Part shown: one piece after another, positions 17,520 through 28,917 of the stretch
Position numbering within the stretch: the first letter of the stretch is position 1
Layout: each line of letters begins with the position of its first letter
Virus record (IMG/VR): IMGVR_UViG_3300021387_000175
Span: 1 to 64,000 of that record
Length of the DNA: 64,000 nt
From: a virus
Taxonomy: Duplodnaviria; Caudoviricetes
Direction: 5' to 3' (one strand)
The notes under the pieces: generated by a model
What the model was told of the DNA's origin: nothing
The model's input: the letters and a program-made list of their open reading frames with translations, nothing else
The model's database searches: none
Made by a program: the position numbers and the translations under genes

Positions 17520-20500
17520 TTAAATTGAGAATTCAATACAAATACCCTGAGTACCTGAAGAACTCCAGTAGTCTTCCGTACCTGCAGCATAATCATCATT
17601 ATCACCGCAGATGGAGTACCAAGTGTAACTGTAGTTCGGCATAGCGGATCTCGTCATATAACGTCCAACTGTACCATCAGGATAAGCACGTTTACGATCA
17701 TTTGATGTAATGATATAATCAACAGTATAAGAACCATTCTCATCTGGTTCACCTGCTTCCTGATCATAAGGGTATCTGTTATAATTACTATTCAGTTCCA
17801 GAATAGATGGAATGGTGAAATAGCAATCACCATAGTTAATTACCGCATTCTGTTCATTTGAACCAGAACCAGTATAACCTGTATTAGCGCCAATCTTACA
17901 TTGCTTTAACAGCTGTCTCCATACCACAGGAACAGCCTGATAGAATCTGCCATTTAGTATGGTATTGCTTTCACTGCGTACCCAACCACCAATATTCGAA
18001 CCTGTAGCCACCGTCATAGGATTGGAGAGCAGTTTATCTGCAATGAATGAAAGAGTAGATCTCGCACCAGAGTTATCTGAGAGATAATAACGTCTAAATC
18101 CAGACACCTCACCTGTAATCTCTTCATGAGGCCACAAAGCCATCTGTCTACAAGCAGTATCACCCAGATCTGCGTAATACAGTTTAGCACCATAGATTGT
18201 ACCTACAGAATAAGATCCTAAAATACCATCATCCGCTCTGGTTGCTCCAAAGATCAGAGTAGCACCATTGGTAGTAATACATCTGGATGCAGATATTACA
18301 TTATATCCAATTGCGGGATTTGGCATATTGCCAGTATAAACATACAGATCGGTCTCGCCCTTCTTATGCCGTAATACAACCATATCACGAGTATCGGTAT
18401 TACCCGCACTTACAGATGTACCACCCCACAATACTTTATTACCAGATGCATATCTGAACTGGAATCCGTTCATACCATTTGCCTGATAACACTGGAAGAG
18501 TACAGAGTTTGCACGAGTAGAAGAATCCATCTCATAATCCACTACCAAAATCCAGTCTTTATCTACATCCAATAACGGAATACCAGTATCTACATAATCA
18601 CCCTTCACACCAGTAAAGGTTCTAGGACCGTTCGGGAACAGATCCACAGATTCAATGTTACTGTAGTTAAAGTCAATACCCATAGTAAAGCTGAGACTGT
18701 CCTTACTGTGAATGGTCACGGGCAGATCACCTGTATCAGGATCTCTTAACTTGATCATAGCATATATCTGTGAAGGAGTCATCTCAGATAATGGAGTATT
18801 CTGTAAATCAGATTCATTGTAATGATAAGAATCAAAGTCAGCTTCAACCACAATATCCTTCGTTAAAATGGGATATGTCTTCCAACCTTTGAATAAGTGG
18901 TAAATATAGGACGCTTCCTGTTTGGTATAAACAGGCAATTCACCTGTATACTCCACAGCATCTCCATAGTTGCCCTTCAAAGTCTGAAGTACCGTACCGT
19001 CATAATTGACAAACTGACAGGTATACTGGTGAGGAGTCTCATCATATACAGCCGTAATGGTTCTATCACTACGTACATTGGTTAACTGCAAATCCCAACC
19101 AGAGTAAGTATAGTCTGTTGCAATGGTCTCACCATCTTCCAGATAGATCACCATAGTAGGTGTAGGAATAGGATTAACCGCTCTGGTAACAGGATCTTCG
19201 GCATTCTGTCCTTCGATTATATGCTGTACGTCCCAAACCGCATGGGCAGGATCAGGATCTATACTAGGATTACGGAATGTTACTGTATATGCTCTTAATA
19301 TAGCGTCTGATGGAACATCTACCATTAAGTCAGGCCAGATGTCATTATATGTCTCAAGTGTAAAAGTATCTGTAGTAGGAAGATGTACCGTACCACTTAA
19401 GATAGACTGCGTGATATCATATCCAGATGCATCTACACCAGTAAGGTTAAGTAATGGTCTAAGCCAAGAATCTTCAACGGTCCAATCAATGCCAGTTGCT
19501 CTTAATCTATAAAGATTTGTAGCACGAGTAATCATATCCACCAAGTTTATTGTAGGACAAGATTCTGCTACAATTCGCTGTAAGTTTGTATAACCTGCAA
19601 TCTGGAGATCTGTTAAATAAACCAGATTTTTCAGAGTAATGGATGCAATAGCAGGTAAATGTGCCTTAGTAATTTTACCACCAGATGCAAATGTAATACC
19701 TGCCAGTCCAGTTCCTTCAGCATAGAATGTCTCTAAATTCGGGCATCCACTGAAATCTAATGTACCTGTCAAGTTAGGAGCATTCCTAACATCCAGGGTT
19801 TGCAGTAATACATTGTTACCAATGTTTAATGTAGTCAAGAAGTTGTTGACATAACCAGATGTAGTATTACCAATAATCAGCGTTCTTAACTTCGTAGCTT
19901 TGCTGAAATCATTATCATGGATATAACAAGCTGATAGATCATTCAATTCCTGAATTCTGGATGCGCAATAAATAAGCACCGCAGTATCATCCATAGTAGT
20001 ATAAGGACAGGTAACCTCATACGTCTGTCCTGCTTTTGCTCTGATCTGTTTTACAGAACTATTACCAAACAAAACTGACAGATACATGTCAGAATAAGGA
20101 ACAATGCTCAGAGTGTAATTCGGTGCTACCACTGCTGTGGTAGGGGTATTACATCTAAACATGATTTGATCAGAAGTTACACTACTAGCAAGATGTTTAC
20201 TACCCATGTACTTCTCCTGATCACGTTCGAACTGTCTACGCTGATATTTCTTACGACCATTCATCATGGAATTCAGGAATCTAGTATTACCATTTCTGTA
20301 AGGACGTAAGTACTTTCTTTCAATATCGAGTCTCCATAATTCTTCAGGGAACTGACTCTGCCAATTATCAAACTGATTGATCAGTGAAGCAGCACTCCAA
20401 CATCCCGTACCATCCAGAGACTGGTACATAACATTTAATCTATCAGGGAATAAGTAACGTATTCTTCTCCAGAATACAGAATCAGCTGCATTGTAAATCC

Positions 20501-23500
20501 AACCAGAGGCAGGATCACCGTCTGAACGATAATCAATATCTTCTTTACCATAAGGCATAGTTAATTCTCCCGTATTGTTAATTCCAATACTACTATCAAA
20601 ATCATAGCCCCATAACTCAAATCTGTACTTACCATCAGCACACTTACCATAATGCCAGAATGTATTCTTGGAACGGTTATCAATCATAGTGTATCTCTCA
20701 GTAAACAAATACCAGAAAAGAGGAGAATCCACGATCATCCAATCACTCAATTCATTGACGAATTCTTCATCAGTGGATGTTACCACCCAACCATAAAAGT
20801 CACGCCATACTTGCTTATTCTCTAATTCCTGTTGTTCTTTTTCTGCTTCGGTTGCAGTAGACAATCCATCCTTGACCTCACCGCCAAGTTCATATCTAAA
20901 TTCGAAAGTTTCATCCCATTCATTATACAGACTATCATACTTAGGATTACCCGGCTTCCATTCAGCAGGAGTGATAGGATACTTAATGCTGCCATCTGCA
21001 TTATAAACACCTGTATCAAAGGTGGAATTCGGTAAAGTGTTATCACTGATTTCTATGCAGAATTCTTTAAGATCATTAGGATCGTTTACTCTGGTTACGT
21101 CAGTTTTCTTAGAATCACCAATATTACCGATAGAATAGAAGTGCCATTCAGTATCTTGGAATTCACGGTGAGTAGTAACATCTGGATCGTTCTCACGAAT
21201 AAAGACTACGCAGTTAGCAAATTCCATTGCATTTTTAACCTTGGGGTCATTTTCTCTGGCAACTGACAAGTAGGGGAGATAAGTATTATAACGATTCTGT
21301 AATTGTGCGTTATTTGCATTTTCAGAACTTGCTACGTTAACTTTTATATTAAACCAGTTATTCGGTACAGAGTTCCTAGTCAGACTAACTTTACCTGTAC
21401 CATCTGAAATAACGCTACCATCACCTAACGTCAGCTTCGTTACGTAATTTGTATCCAGAGGAATCTTAGATATGATCTGATGCTCTCCATCAGCGCACAT
21501 AATTATATCTATGTTCCTAGAGGAAGCACCATATTCGTTGGAGGTCGTCCCTTGTCCGGCGTGATAACAGTTCTCAAATGTCCAGTTATCTAACGTAGCA
21601 TCTCCACCTTTATAAATACACTGCACCTTGGTATTCTTTACATAGTCTTTCTTGTTGTTCGTAAAATATGGTGCATCAATCTTTATAATTCTTAACTGTG
21701 GACATTTTTCTGCTAATGTCTCAGGTGTCAGATTATTATTCTCATCGTAGATCTGATTACGATTATAACGACTTACCATTTCTTCTGCAGTACGTGCATC
21801 CGCAATAAAGTTATTCAGAATATCCGAATCAGAAAGAGAAGAGTTGTAGCATTTCATTCTGTAAATCCAGATATCACATTCTGTTGAACCAAATGTAATA
21901 CCAACAGGATCACTCTGCGTGAAGGAATCATCTGCACCATAAATCATAGGACGCAGTCCAACACCATCTTCATAACTCATTACCATAGGAATATCTGAAG
22001 TATCCTTAGAAATATTGAATTCGAATTCAATAACGTCCTCTTCTGATAAAGGAATCTCTAACGAATTAACGGTTGATTTAATATAAGTATAATGAGGAGT
22101 AGCAGTCAGTCCCACCTGAGATGAAGGTGAAGAACACTTCATCCACAGGGTATCAATGTCTCGTACATTCGTAATCTTATATACTAACTTGAATTCTTTA
22201 CCATTACGTTTCGCATCATCACCAAACAGTAAATAATCAAATGTAGCAGTAGTACCTGCCTTTACGCAAAAATACTGATCTCCTGCTTCATCAATCTGAT
22301 AACCACCATTTACCCAGTCGAAGTTCTCAGATACAGACATAGAGTATGTACCATTTGTCCAAATTCTGTCAGCACTATTGTTGCTCTTGCCTACCGGGTT
22401 AAAGTCTACCTGTAAATTAGCAGTAATAGGCGTTACATCAATATCCAGTTTCGCAACATTTACAGATATGGTTTTAATGATATTACGACACTTAATGGAT
22501 AATGCATGCTGACCTACGTCTGCGGATTTATATGACCATGTGTGAGTACCATTAGTAACAGTTAATGTAGATACTACCGTACCGTCTACTGACAAATAGA
22601 TAGTAGGAGATTCTGTATTTGGATCGTAAACAGTATATTTAATATTATTAGTATTATACTGAACAGTAGAAATAGTTTGTTGCGCTACACCAATAACAGG
22701 AACAGATGAGTTTTCATCATAATAAATGATATCCTTGAAAATATGATCTGTTTCAATAGGAGTGCTATTAATATTGGCAGTGGCCCACATCTCTAACAGA
22801 TGAGCGCCATGCGCTTTTTCTGGCAGAGTGTAACTCATTGGAATACCCGAAGAAGTAGTTGTTACAGATTCTAATTCTATTCCATCTAACTTAAAGTGTA
22901 TTACCTTGGAAACACTACCATAAGGCGTATAATCGACACTGATCGGTCCAATAGGATAAGTAAATCCATCATTAAAACTGGATTCTAATCGAATATCTAC
23001 TATCTGTACTGTCCACGCACGAGTACCAATCGTACCGTTATCATCTTCAATGGACAGTAAGAGTCTCTGAGATCCTAATGATACATAACTGGTAATATCA
23101 AATTCGTAGTCCTGATCAGATGTCAGATTCTGTGTACCAATCACGGTATTGCCAATTTTCCATGTAGCAAAACCGCCTAATCCAATACCAGAACTATCCA
23201 CAGATTTATAGTGATACTTCAGAACTACTTTATTACCTACCAGGGCAGTAACAGGAGTCGTTGTAATATATGAGATCGTAATAGTAGAAGAGGAACTAGA
23301 CCCCCCACCCCCACCACCAACGATCTTATACGCACTGACAACTGTAGGATTTGCCATCGCTTCATCATCAGGCTCATATTCCAACAGTTTTAATTTATAT
23401 TTGTCTTCTTCAGATGCACTTTCATCTGTGTTATAATCTAATCTATATTTTTTACCGCCATCCGAAGTTGCACCACTAATAGCTGTCTCTAATTCTGCAA

Positions 23501-24686
23501 TCTTATTACCAAGTGTACCAATACTGGTTTTGTTGGTATTTGCAGTAGATGTGGTTTCATTTAATGCGGTCTGTAATGCGGTAACAGAAGAAGTATCCGC
23601 TTTTGTGGCTAACTTATTATCCACTTCCGTAGATGTGTAATATCCATCACCTGATAACTTATTATCTAAGGCTTCTACACTATCTTCAATGGTATCCAGT
23701 CTGGCATCATTACTGGTCTGATAAGCAGTTAACGCATCAGACACCGTACCAACAGCCGAACTGATATCATCACCAATAGAGTCTCTGAAAGCAGTAGTCC
23801 ATGCAGCAGATGGATCTTGAGATAAGTCATGATGGCTTAATTCGTTTTCGCCATCATAGAATGTTATTACATGAGAAGTTGCATTATAAGTAACACTTAA
23901 ATTAAGTGCATGATTGTCTACTTCTTCTTTGGTATAATAATTGACTAATGCATTGGCAATCTGAGTATTTAAATCCTCTCTTACATTACCCTCAACAGTA
24001 GCCACCACATTATCTTTTTCCTGATTGAATTCATCTAATTTTTCTGATACAGAATCGACCGCTTCCTGTGCATCGGTAGCAGCAGTTTTAGCTTCTGTTA
24101 CAGCTGCATTGATCTGGATCAAATAAGAATTCCATCCATCATCAGGTTCAATTAAACTATCATAAGATAATCCTTCTAATACATTTAATTGATTATTGGG
24201 ACGAGTCTTCCAGACATAACTACCTGCAGATGTTGAACCAGTGGCCTGAATCTCAAACTTAATATTACCTTTGGATTTGGTCATGGCATTGTTGACTAGT
24301 AAATGGAACTTAATAAAAGAATCATTATAGGAAACATTACATGCTACACTAATGATCCCTTCACCATCTGCATTCAACACATAAAACTGAATCAACATCT
24401 TTGTTAAATCAATACCGTCCGCATATCTTGGCATCCGAAAACCAATTAACTGAGCATGGTTTTCCTGCGTGATATTGATCTGATCACTGGCTACTGTTAC
24501 TGTTTTAGATGCTTCAACTATGGAAGTGCTTTGATCATCTGTGTAATCTTCATACCAATTGTAACCATCTTCAACACCTAACCGCACCCACTCTGAACTA
24601 TCTTCATTAACAGTATCAGCTAATGTAGCACCGTCACTTGCACTTAATAAACTCGCCCTAATCGAATCAGTGAAAGATGAAGGCAT
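17520..24686 (-). CDS. multidomain tail protein: BppU-like N-terminus, coiled coil, CotH-like kinase fold, LRRs, InlB-B-type repeats, C-terminal CLec/DUF6273-like domain (2388 aa)
   Basis: Motifs [19 protein letters not shown] and YDFDSSIG (kinase-like); [38 protein letters not shown] (LRR); YTVTFRN and [13 protein letters not shown]...FKGW (B-repeats); GGW..S, IPS..EL, YMTRS...GICIEFSI (CLec). Confidence 0.75.
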   Translation of the reverse strand: MPSSFTDSIRASLLSASDGATLADTVNEDSSEWVRLGVEDGYNWYEDYTDDQSTSIVEASKTVTVASDQINITQENHAQLIGFRMPRYADGIDLTKMLIQFYVLNADGEGIISVACNVSYNDSFIKFHLLVNNAMTKSKGNIKFEIQATGSTSAGSYVWKTRPNNQLNVLEGLSYDSLIEPDDGWNSYLIQINAAVTEAKTAATDAQEAVDSVSEKLDEFNQEKDNVVATVEGNVREDLNTQIANALVNYYTKEEVDNHALNLSVTYNATSHVITFYDGENELSHHDLSQDPSAAWTTAFRDSIGDDISSAVGTVSDALTAYQTSNDARLDTIEDSVEALDNKLSGDGYYTSTEVDNKLATKADTSSVTALQTALNETTSTANTNKTSIGTLGNKIAELETAISGATSDGGKKYRLDYNTDESASEEDKYKLKLLEYEPDDEAMANPTVVSAYKIVGGGGGGSSSSSTITISYITTTPVTALVGNKVVLKYHYKSVDSSGIGLGGFATWKIGNTVIGTQNLTSDQDYEFDITSYVSLGSQRLLLSIEDDNGTIGTRAWTVQIVDIRLESSFNDGFTYPIGPISVDYTPYGSVSKVIHFKLDGIELESVTTTSSGIPMSYTLPEKAHGAHLLEMWATANINSTPIETDHIFKDIIYYDENSSVPVIGVAQQTISTVQYNTNNIKYTVYDPNTESPTIYLSVDGTVVSTLTVTNGTHTWSYKSADVGQHALSIKCRNIIKTISVNVAKLDIDVTPITANLQVDFNPVGKSNNSADRIWTNGTYSMSVSENFDWVNGGYQIDEAGDQYFCVKAGTTATFDYLLFGDDAKRNGKEFKLVYKITNVRDIDTLWMKCSSPSSQVGLTATPHYTYIKSTVNSLEIPLSEEDVIEFEFNISKDTSDIPMVMSYEDGVGLRPMIYGADDSFTQSDPVGITFGSTECDIWIYRMKCYNSSLSDSDILNNFIADARTAEEMVSRYNRNQIYDENNNLTPETLAEKCPQLRIIKIDAPYFTNNKKDYVKNTKVQCIYKGGDATLDNWTFENCYHAGQGTTSNEYGASSRNIDIIMCADGEHQIISKIPLDTNYVTKLTLGDGSVISDGTGKVSLTRNSVPNNWFNIKVNVASSENANNAQLQNRYNTYLPYLSVARENDPKVKNAMEFANCVVFIRENDPDVTTHREFQDTEWHFYSIGNIGDSKKTDVTRVNDPNDLKEFCIEISDNTLPNSTFDTGVYNADGSIKYPITPAEWKPGNPKYDSLYNEWDETFEFRYELGGEVKDGLSTATEAEKEQQELENKQVWRDFYGWVVTSTDEEFVNELSDWMIVDSPLFWYLFTERYTMIDNRSKNTFWHYGKCADGKYRFELWGYDFDSSIGINNTGELTMPYGKEDIDYRSDGDPASGWIYNAADSVFWRRIRYLFPDRLNVMYQSLDGTGCWSAASLINQFDNWQSQFPEELWRLDIERKYLRPYRNGNTRFLNSMMNGRKKYQRRQFERDQEKYMGSKHLASSVTSDQIMFRCNTPTTAVVAPNYTLSIVPYSDMYLSVLFGNSSVKQIRAKAGQTYEVTCPYTTMDDTAVLIYCASRIQELNDLSACYIHDNDFSKATKLRTLIIGNTTSGYVNNFLTTLNIGNNVLLQTLDVRNAPNLTGTLDFSGCPNLETFYAEGTGLAGITFASGGKITKAHLPAIASITLKNLVYLTDLQIAGYTNLQRIVAESCPTINLVDMITRATNLYRLRATGIDWTVEDSWLRPLLNLTGVDASGYDITQSILSGTVHLPTTDTFTLETYNDIWPDLMVDVPSDAILRAYTVTFRNPSIDPDPAHAVWDVQHIIEGQNAEDPVTRAVNPIPTPTMVIYLEDGETIATDYTYSGWDLQLTNVRSDRTITAVYDETPHQYTCQFVNYDGTVLQTLKGNYGDAVEYTGELPVYTKQEASYIYHLFKGWKTYPILTKDIVVEADFDSYHYNESDLQNTPLSEMTPSQIYAMIKLRDPDTGDLPVTIHSKDSLSFTMGIDFNYSNIESVDLFPNGPRTFTGVKGDYVDTGIPLLDVDKDWILVVDYEMDSSTRANSVLFQCYQANGMNGFQFRYASGNKVLWGGTSVSAGNTDTRDMVVLRHKKGETDLYVYTGNMPNPAIGYNVISASRCITTNGATLIFGATRADDGILGSYSVGTIYGAKLYYADLGDTACRQMALWPHEEITGEVSGFRRYYLSDNSGARSTLSFIADKLLSNPMTVATGSNIGGWVRSESNTILNGRFYQAVPVVWRQLLKQCKIGANTGYTGSGSNEQNAVINYGDCYFTIPSILELNSNYNRYPYDQEAGEPDENGSYTVDYIITSNDRKRAYPDGTVGRYMTRSAMPNYSYTWYSICGDNDDYAAGTEDYWSSSGTQGICIEFSI

Positions 24687-24707
24687 ATCTTTACCCTCCT
24701 TTCTAAT

Positions 24708-25247
24708 TTATTGCATTTGGGAAATTAATTCATCTAACTTGGTTTTATAATAATCAGAAAAGTCATTGGTAGATAAGCCTTTCCCATCTTCTTTATCTAC
24801 TTTATTCGTCATCTGAGCAATGTAATTTGCAAATATCTTAAAGTCTTCAGATTCCACTACAACACCATCATCATAAGCAGATTCTTCGACCACAACATCA
24901 AATACTAAACTAGGTACACGCTTTGTACCTGTTTCTTTATCATAAATATCTACATTGGCTTTTCCTCTTCCCGCTGACCATGATAACTGTTGTGGAAGAG
25001 TAAAAGTAACCGTACCATTATCATCAATTGTTCCTTCATATAAACAATGATTGCCTACTGGCGTGATCACTTTTAAGTAAGCCATCTCATTATCTTTATT
25101 GATGGAATATAATAAACCATTTGCAGTAAATGTAACAACCAATTTATAAGTATATTGATTAAACTGTTTTACAGATATACTTTTAATAGGATTGGCGATT
25201 ACATCTAGTACTAACGGTATCACAATAGATTCTGTAATAGATGCCAT
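24708..25247 (-). CDS. BppU-family baseplate upper protein
   Basis: 'VKQ.N..T..L.VT...NG' and 'GTVTF.LPQQL..AG......DI' motifs; ends in 'KVDKEDGKGLSTNDFS..YKTKL'. Confidence 0.7.
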   Translation of the reverse strand: MASITESIVIPLVLDVIANPIKSISVKQFNQYTYKLVVTFTANGLLYSINKDNEMAYLKVITPVGNHCLYEGTIDDNGTVTFTLPQQLSWSAGRGKANVDIYDKETGTKRVPSLVFDVVVEESAYDDGVVVESEDFKIFANYIAQMTNKVDKEDGKGLSTNDFSDYYKTKLDELISQMQ

Positions 25248-25260
25248 AATTCACCCCCTA

Positions 25261-27573
25261 TTAATCTCTTGGCAGTTTCTGACAGGTTATTGTTCGCATC
25301 AGTAAACCAGTAGAAGTGATCTTGTGTTCACTGGTAATGGTAATAGTTCCTGAAGCAACACTGCCACTATTTACATACATAAAAGGATATACTTCACCTA
25401 CTTCAAAATTCCTATCATGAAAACTCTTAATGGTTACTTCGGTATAAGTGTTCTTACCTATTTCACCCATCTGAATGATTAATCGATTAAACTGCGTTAA
25501 ATCATAAGCGTTATTAGTTGCTACCGAAGAACTAATAGCGCCACAGAAATTCAGATCATCCACATAAGAGAATGTGAGCGTTTTTCCTGTATTGGATAAT
25601 AGCTGAACGGAACTTTTGGCACTAGAATTTACTACAGAATAATTGTTATTTGTAATTTTCATTAAAGTACTACTTTGACAGTTTATTTCACCTGAATTTA
25701 AAACACTGGGAGCAAAGGTTATAGGAAGATTTGATCCAGTTACATTTCTAAAGTAATTATTGCTGTATTCAATTCTATTAGATCTACCTGTGATAAAAAC
25801 ATCATGAGTATTTACATTTGAAGGCAATACATTGTAATTATTGGTATATACCACATCATCACAATAGGAGATATAATTATAAGTGGTAGAACCTTTTATA
25901 TTATTACCACTTACCCGTCCTGTGAAAACATTTCTTAAATCAAATGCTCGTCTGCAATTTTCAATATAACAGTCTTCAATAATTAAATTGGAGACTCCTA
26001 ATAAGAAAAATGCGGTATCTGTAGCGTTATAAATTTTACAACCACGAATCGTGATATTCTTGGCAGGTCTGTCAGACTGCTGACTGGAATCATAATAAGA
26101 GTGTTTACCAATAGCGTCTTCCATACTACGACCATTTCTTTCAAAGGTACAATTATCAATAGTCAGTCCATCTACTACCGTACCATCATAAGTTACAGAA
26201 TCCTGACTCGCAAACCAGGGGAAGTTGCCATAAGTACAGTTATCAATATTTATATATTCTTTTCTACTAGATCCCCCAGATCCCATTCCTTGGAACAGGC
26301 AATCTCTAATGGTCACATTCTTACAGGCACATATCTCAAAATAGTGATCACGAGTACAATCCTTAAATACTACATTCTCTACTAAAATGTTCTGACCATG
26401 ACATAGGTCAATACTTCCTTTTTCAATTGTACCGTTACGAATAATAATCGTACCATTACCGTTGTATCCCGTATATACATCCGTAGATAAGAAGTTATGA
26501 ATTAAGTGGTTACCAGTAGTATTATCAATACCTGTTAAGGTTGCACCATTCAAATCTAAGATTGTTCCCTGATATACAATAACAGGCGCACCGACTTTAT
26601 ATTTCTTTCCCTGAGTGAACATTACCAATCGACCATGCTTGAATGTATTCAGCATTGCTTCGGTATCATCTGTTTCACCATCTCCCACAGCACCATACAT
26701 TTCTGGTGATACATAAGGTCTGAGTAATAAACCTTGTACGGCATTATCTAGTTTCTCTAAAGTTACTGCACCATCATTTATAGTAAATGTCTTAACAGCA
26801 GATGGATATAGCTTCTCACTTGTTACAGCATGAGATTGTATTTTTGCTGCACTGACAGATCCATCAGCTAATTGCGCTTCTGTCACAGATTTATTCGCCA
26901 ACTTTTCAGTTGTAACCGCTCCATCATTGATAGTTTCTGTAATAACAGCCCCATCATTGAGTTTATCATCTGTTATTGCTCCTTTTGCTATTTTTGAGGT
27001 GGTAATTGTTCCATCAGGAATTGAGATCATCAATGCGTCTTCCGCAGATTGTTTGGCTGAATCAGCACTGTTCTTAGCCTGTTCCGCAGATTCTGCAGCT
27101 AATTCGGCATTTGCTTTTACTTCATTTCGGAATTCCTGACTTTGTTTCAAAAAACCGGAGAATAAACTAAAATCATCAGATTCAACTACCACACCATCCT
27201 CATAAGCGGATGCCAGTACATTAATCACAAAGTCCTGTGTGGGAACAATGTTACCTGTACTTAATGATACTATATCTACACGACCAGTACCTTTTCCTGA
27301 GTCCCATGACAACTGCTGTGGTAAAACGAACGTCACCGTTCCATCATCGTTTATTTCTCCTGTATAACTATAGTTATTTTCATTAGAGGTAATTACTGCT
27401 AAAACACATTTCTGCTGATTTGCGTTTAACGTTGTTTTATAGCCCTGATCTGTTATGATTACCGTAAGATTATAAGTATGTTGGTTATATTGATTAATCC
27501 TCAATTCTTTTACTTTACTGGTGACAGTATCTAAGGACATGGATAAATTTACTGAATTCAATATGCTTGCCAT
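25261..27573 (-). CDS. BppU-anchored tailspike with pectate-lyase-like beta-helix (putative depolymerase)
   Basis: BppU N-terminus, 10-aa 'DGAVTTEKLA' repeats, 'VSPEMYGAVGDGETDDTEA' beta-helix start, parallel beta-helix repeats (NVTIRDC, NLIIEDC). Confidence 0.8.
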   Translation of the reverse strand: MASILNSVNLSMSLDTVTSKVKELRINQYNQHTYNLTVIITDQGYKTTLNANQQKCVLAVITSNENNYSYTGEINDDGTVTFVLPQQLSWDSGKGTGRVDIVSLSTGNIVPTQDFVINVLASAYEDGVVVESDDFSLFSGFLKQSQEFRNEVKANAELAAESAEQAKNSADSAKQSAEDALMISIPDGTITTSKIAKGAITDDKLNDGAVITETINDGAVTTEKLANKSVTEAQLADGSVSAAKIQSHAVTSEKLYPSAVKTFTINDGAVTLEKLDNAVQGLLLRPYVSPEMYGAVGDGETDDTEAMLNTFKHGRLVMFTQGKKYKVGAPVIVYQGTILDLNGATLTGIDNTTGNHLIHNFLSTDVYTGYNGNGTIIIRNGTIEKGSIDLCHGQNILVENVVFKDCTRDHYFEICACKNVTIRDCLFQGMGSGGSSRKEYINIDNCTYGNFPWFASQDSVTYDGTVVDGLTIDNCTFERNGRSMEDAIGKHSYYDSSQQSDRPAKNITIRGCKIYNATDTAFFLLGVSNLIIEDCYIENCRRAFDLRNVFTGRVSGNNIKGSTTYNYISYCDDVVYTNNYNVLPSNVNTHDVFITGRSNRIEYSNNYFRNVTGSNLPITFAPSVLNSGEINCQSSTLMKITNNNYSVVNSSAKSSVQLLSNTGKTLTFSYVDDLNFCGAISSSVATNNAYDLTQFNRLIIQMGEIGKNTYTEVTIKSFHDRNFEVGEVYPFMYVNSGSVASGTITITSEHKITSTGLLMRTITCQKLPRD

Positions 27574-27587
27574 AATACGTCACCTCC

Positions 27588-28397
27588 TTACAATCCTACC
27601 TTAACAGCAGGTGCATAAGTCATATCTATCGTACATCCTATATTTACAGAAAAATTGTTTTCAGTGTTATCTACACTATTATATAATTTGGGAAAAATGA
27701 AGTTGAAATCCTTTCCTAAATTGTGATCTTCATTAGAAGAGGAGATTAGTAAATGTTTGCCATCCATTACAATAATTTCATCCGCAGTACAATTTTTAAT
27801 GATCGTCTGCGTATTATCCCGGAGATTGCTTAACTGAAAATCTCCAGGTTCATGTATTGCAATACTAATGGTTGGTGTCACATAACCCTCTTCATCTGAT
27901 AAGCTATAAAGTGTAAATTCTTTTTCATTATTTAAGTTTACATGAATGTTTACATCTTCATAATATGCATAAGGAGAATCAGTATATAAAGTAAGTTGTA
28001 AACCAATAATGCGTCCGCAGAATGTTACCTGCTGACTCTGAAAACTGCCCATCCAGTATATATCCCTGTACTCATCTTGATCCACTTTGAATTTGCAAAA
28101 TTTGTTTCTTCTACAAAGCCATCTCTGTAAGAATGACACTTCACGAGGAGTTAAGTACATTTCTTCCTGTGTAGCATTTTGACATGGATCTTTACATATA
28201 GTGAACGATATACTGTATGGTTCTTCATAATGAGCATCATATAGTTCAAATATGTCCCTATTTGATGCCGTTCCCTGACTGAATTGTATATCTGCTCCTG
28301 AAGGAAATGTACCATTGGAAGCCCCCTCTAATGCACTCATTACATATCCGAATTCTGATAACTTTCTTCCATCAAATTCAAAATCTGTACAATACAT
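27588..28397 (-). CDS. distal tail protein (Dit)-like
   Basis: 'DFEFDG.KLSEFG', 'RWL.R..F.KF', 'L.TDSPYAY' and 'FNF.FPKL...N' motifs. Start moved to ATG 28397, which follows AAGGAG. Confidence 0.7.
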   Translation of the reverse strand: MYCTDFEFDGRKLSEFGYVMSALEGASNGTFPSGADIQFSQGTASNRDIFELYDAHYEEPYSISFTICKDPCQNATQEEMYLTPREVSFLQRWLCRRNKFCKFKVDQDEYRDIYWMGSFQSQQVTFCGRIIGLQLTLYTDSPYAYYEDVNIHVNLNNEKEFTLYSLSDEEGYVTPTISIAIHEPGDFQLSNLRDNTQTIIKNCTADEIIVMDGKHLLISSSNEDHNLGKDFNFIFPKLYNSVDNTENNFSVNIGCTIDMTYAPAVKVGL

Positions 28398-28473
28398 TAT
28401 GTTCTCCTTCATAAAGAGTCAGGGGACTGATTGTTCATCAGCCCCCTTGGTTATCTTAATTATCTTAGTTAAC

Positions 28474-28914
28474 TTAATCTATTACTTCAACATCCTGCTC
28501 ATCAATTTTTTCTACCACTGACTCCTCTTTCTTATCTTTCTTCAGTAATGGACGAAGATACAGAATGTCAATAGGAGTCATGGTAATACCAGTTTCTCCA
28601 TCCAATGAGAATTCCTTTACATCAACATCGATCTCTGTATTCATCATTTCGATCATTTTGATGTTGAACTCTTCGGGGTTATTGATCAGAACAGATTCAG
28701 GATTATTCTCATCCCGAATATAATCGCCATTCTCATCTTTCTTGGCATATTCCTGAATGCATGCCATACGCTTATCACTTACAATCTTATAAGCAGTACT
28801 CATAGATTCAATATTATCTGCAATAGCAATTGCCGTTCCTAAAGTAAGATTCTCTTTAGCCAGTTTGTCTAAAGTCTCATAAATGTTAGTAATCTGATTA
28901 GCTGTAAATTTCAT
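28474..28914 (-). CDS. DUF1617-like small protein (putative tail-tip chaperone)
   Basis: 'R...I.EYA.KDENG' motif; directly downstream of the S74-containing tail-tip gene. Confidence 0.55.
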   Translation of the reverse strand: MKFTANQITNIYETLDKLAKENLTLGTAIAIADNIESMSTAYKIVSDKRMACIQEYAKKDENGDYIRDENNPESVLINNPEEFNIKMIEMMNTEIDVDVKEFSLDGETGITMTPIDILYLRPLLKKDKKEESVVEKIDEQDVEVID

Positions 28915-28917
28915 ATC

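Noticed and set aside
23296-23320. C-rich tract as a phase-variation site
   Set aside because: It is interrupted (CCCCCCACCCCCACCACC) and simply encodes a Gly6 linker; the longest run is only 6.
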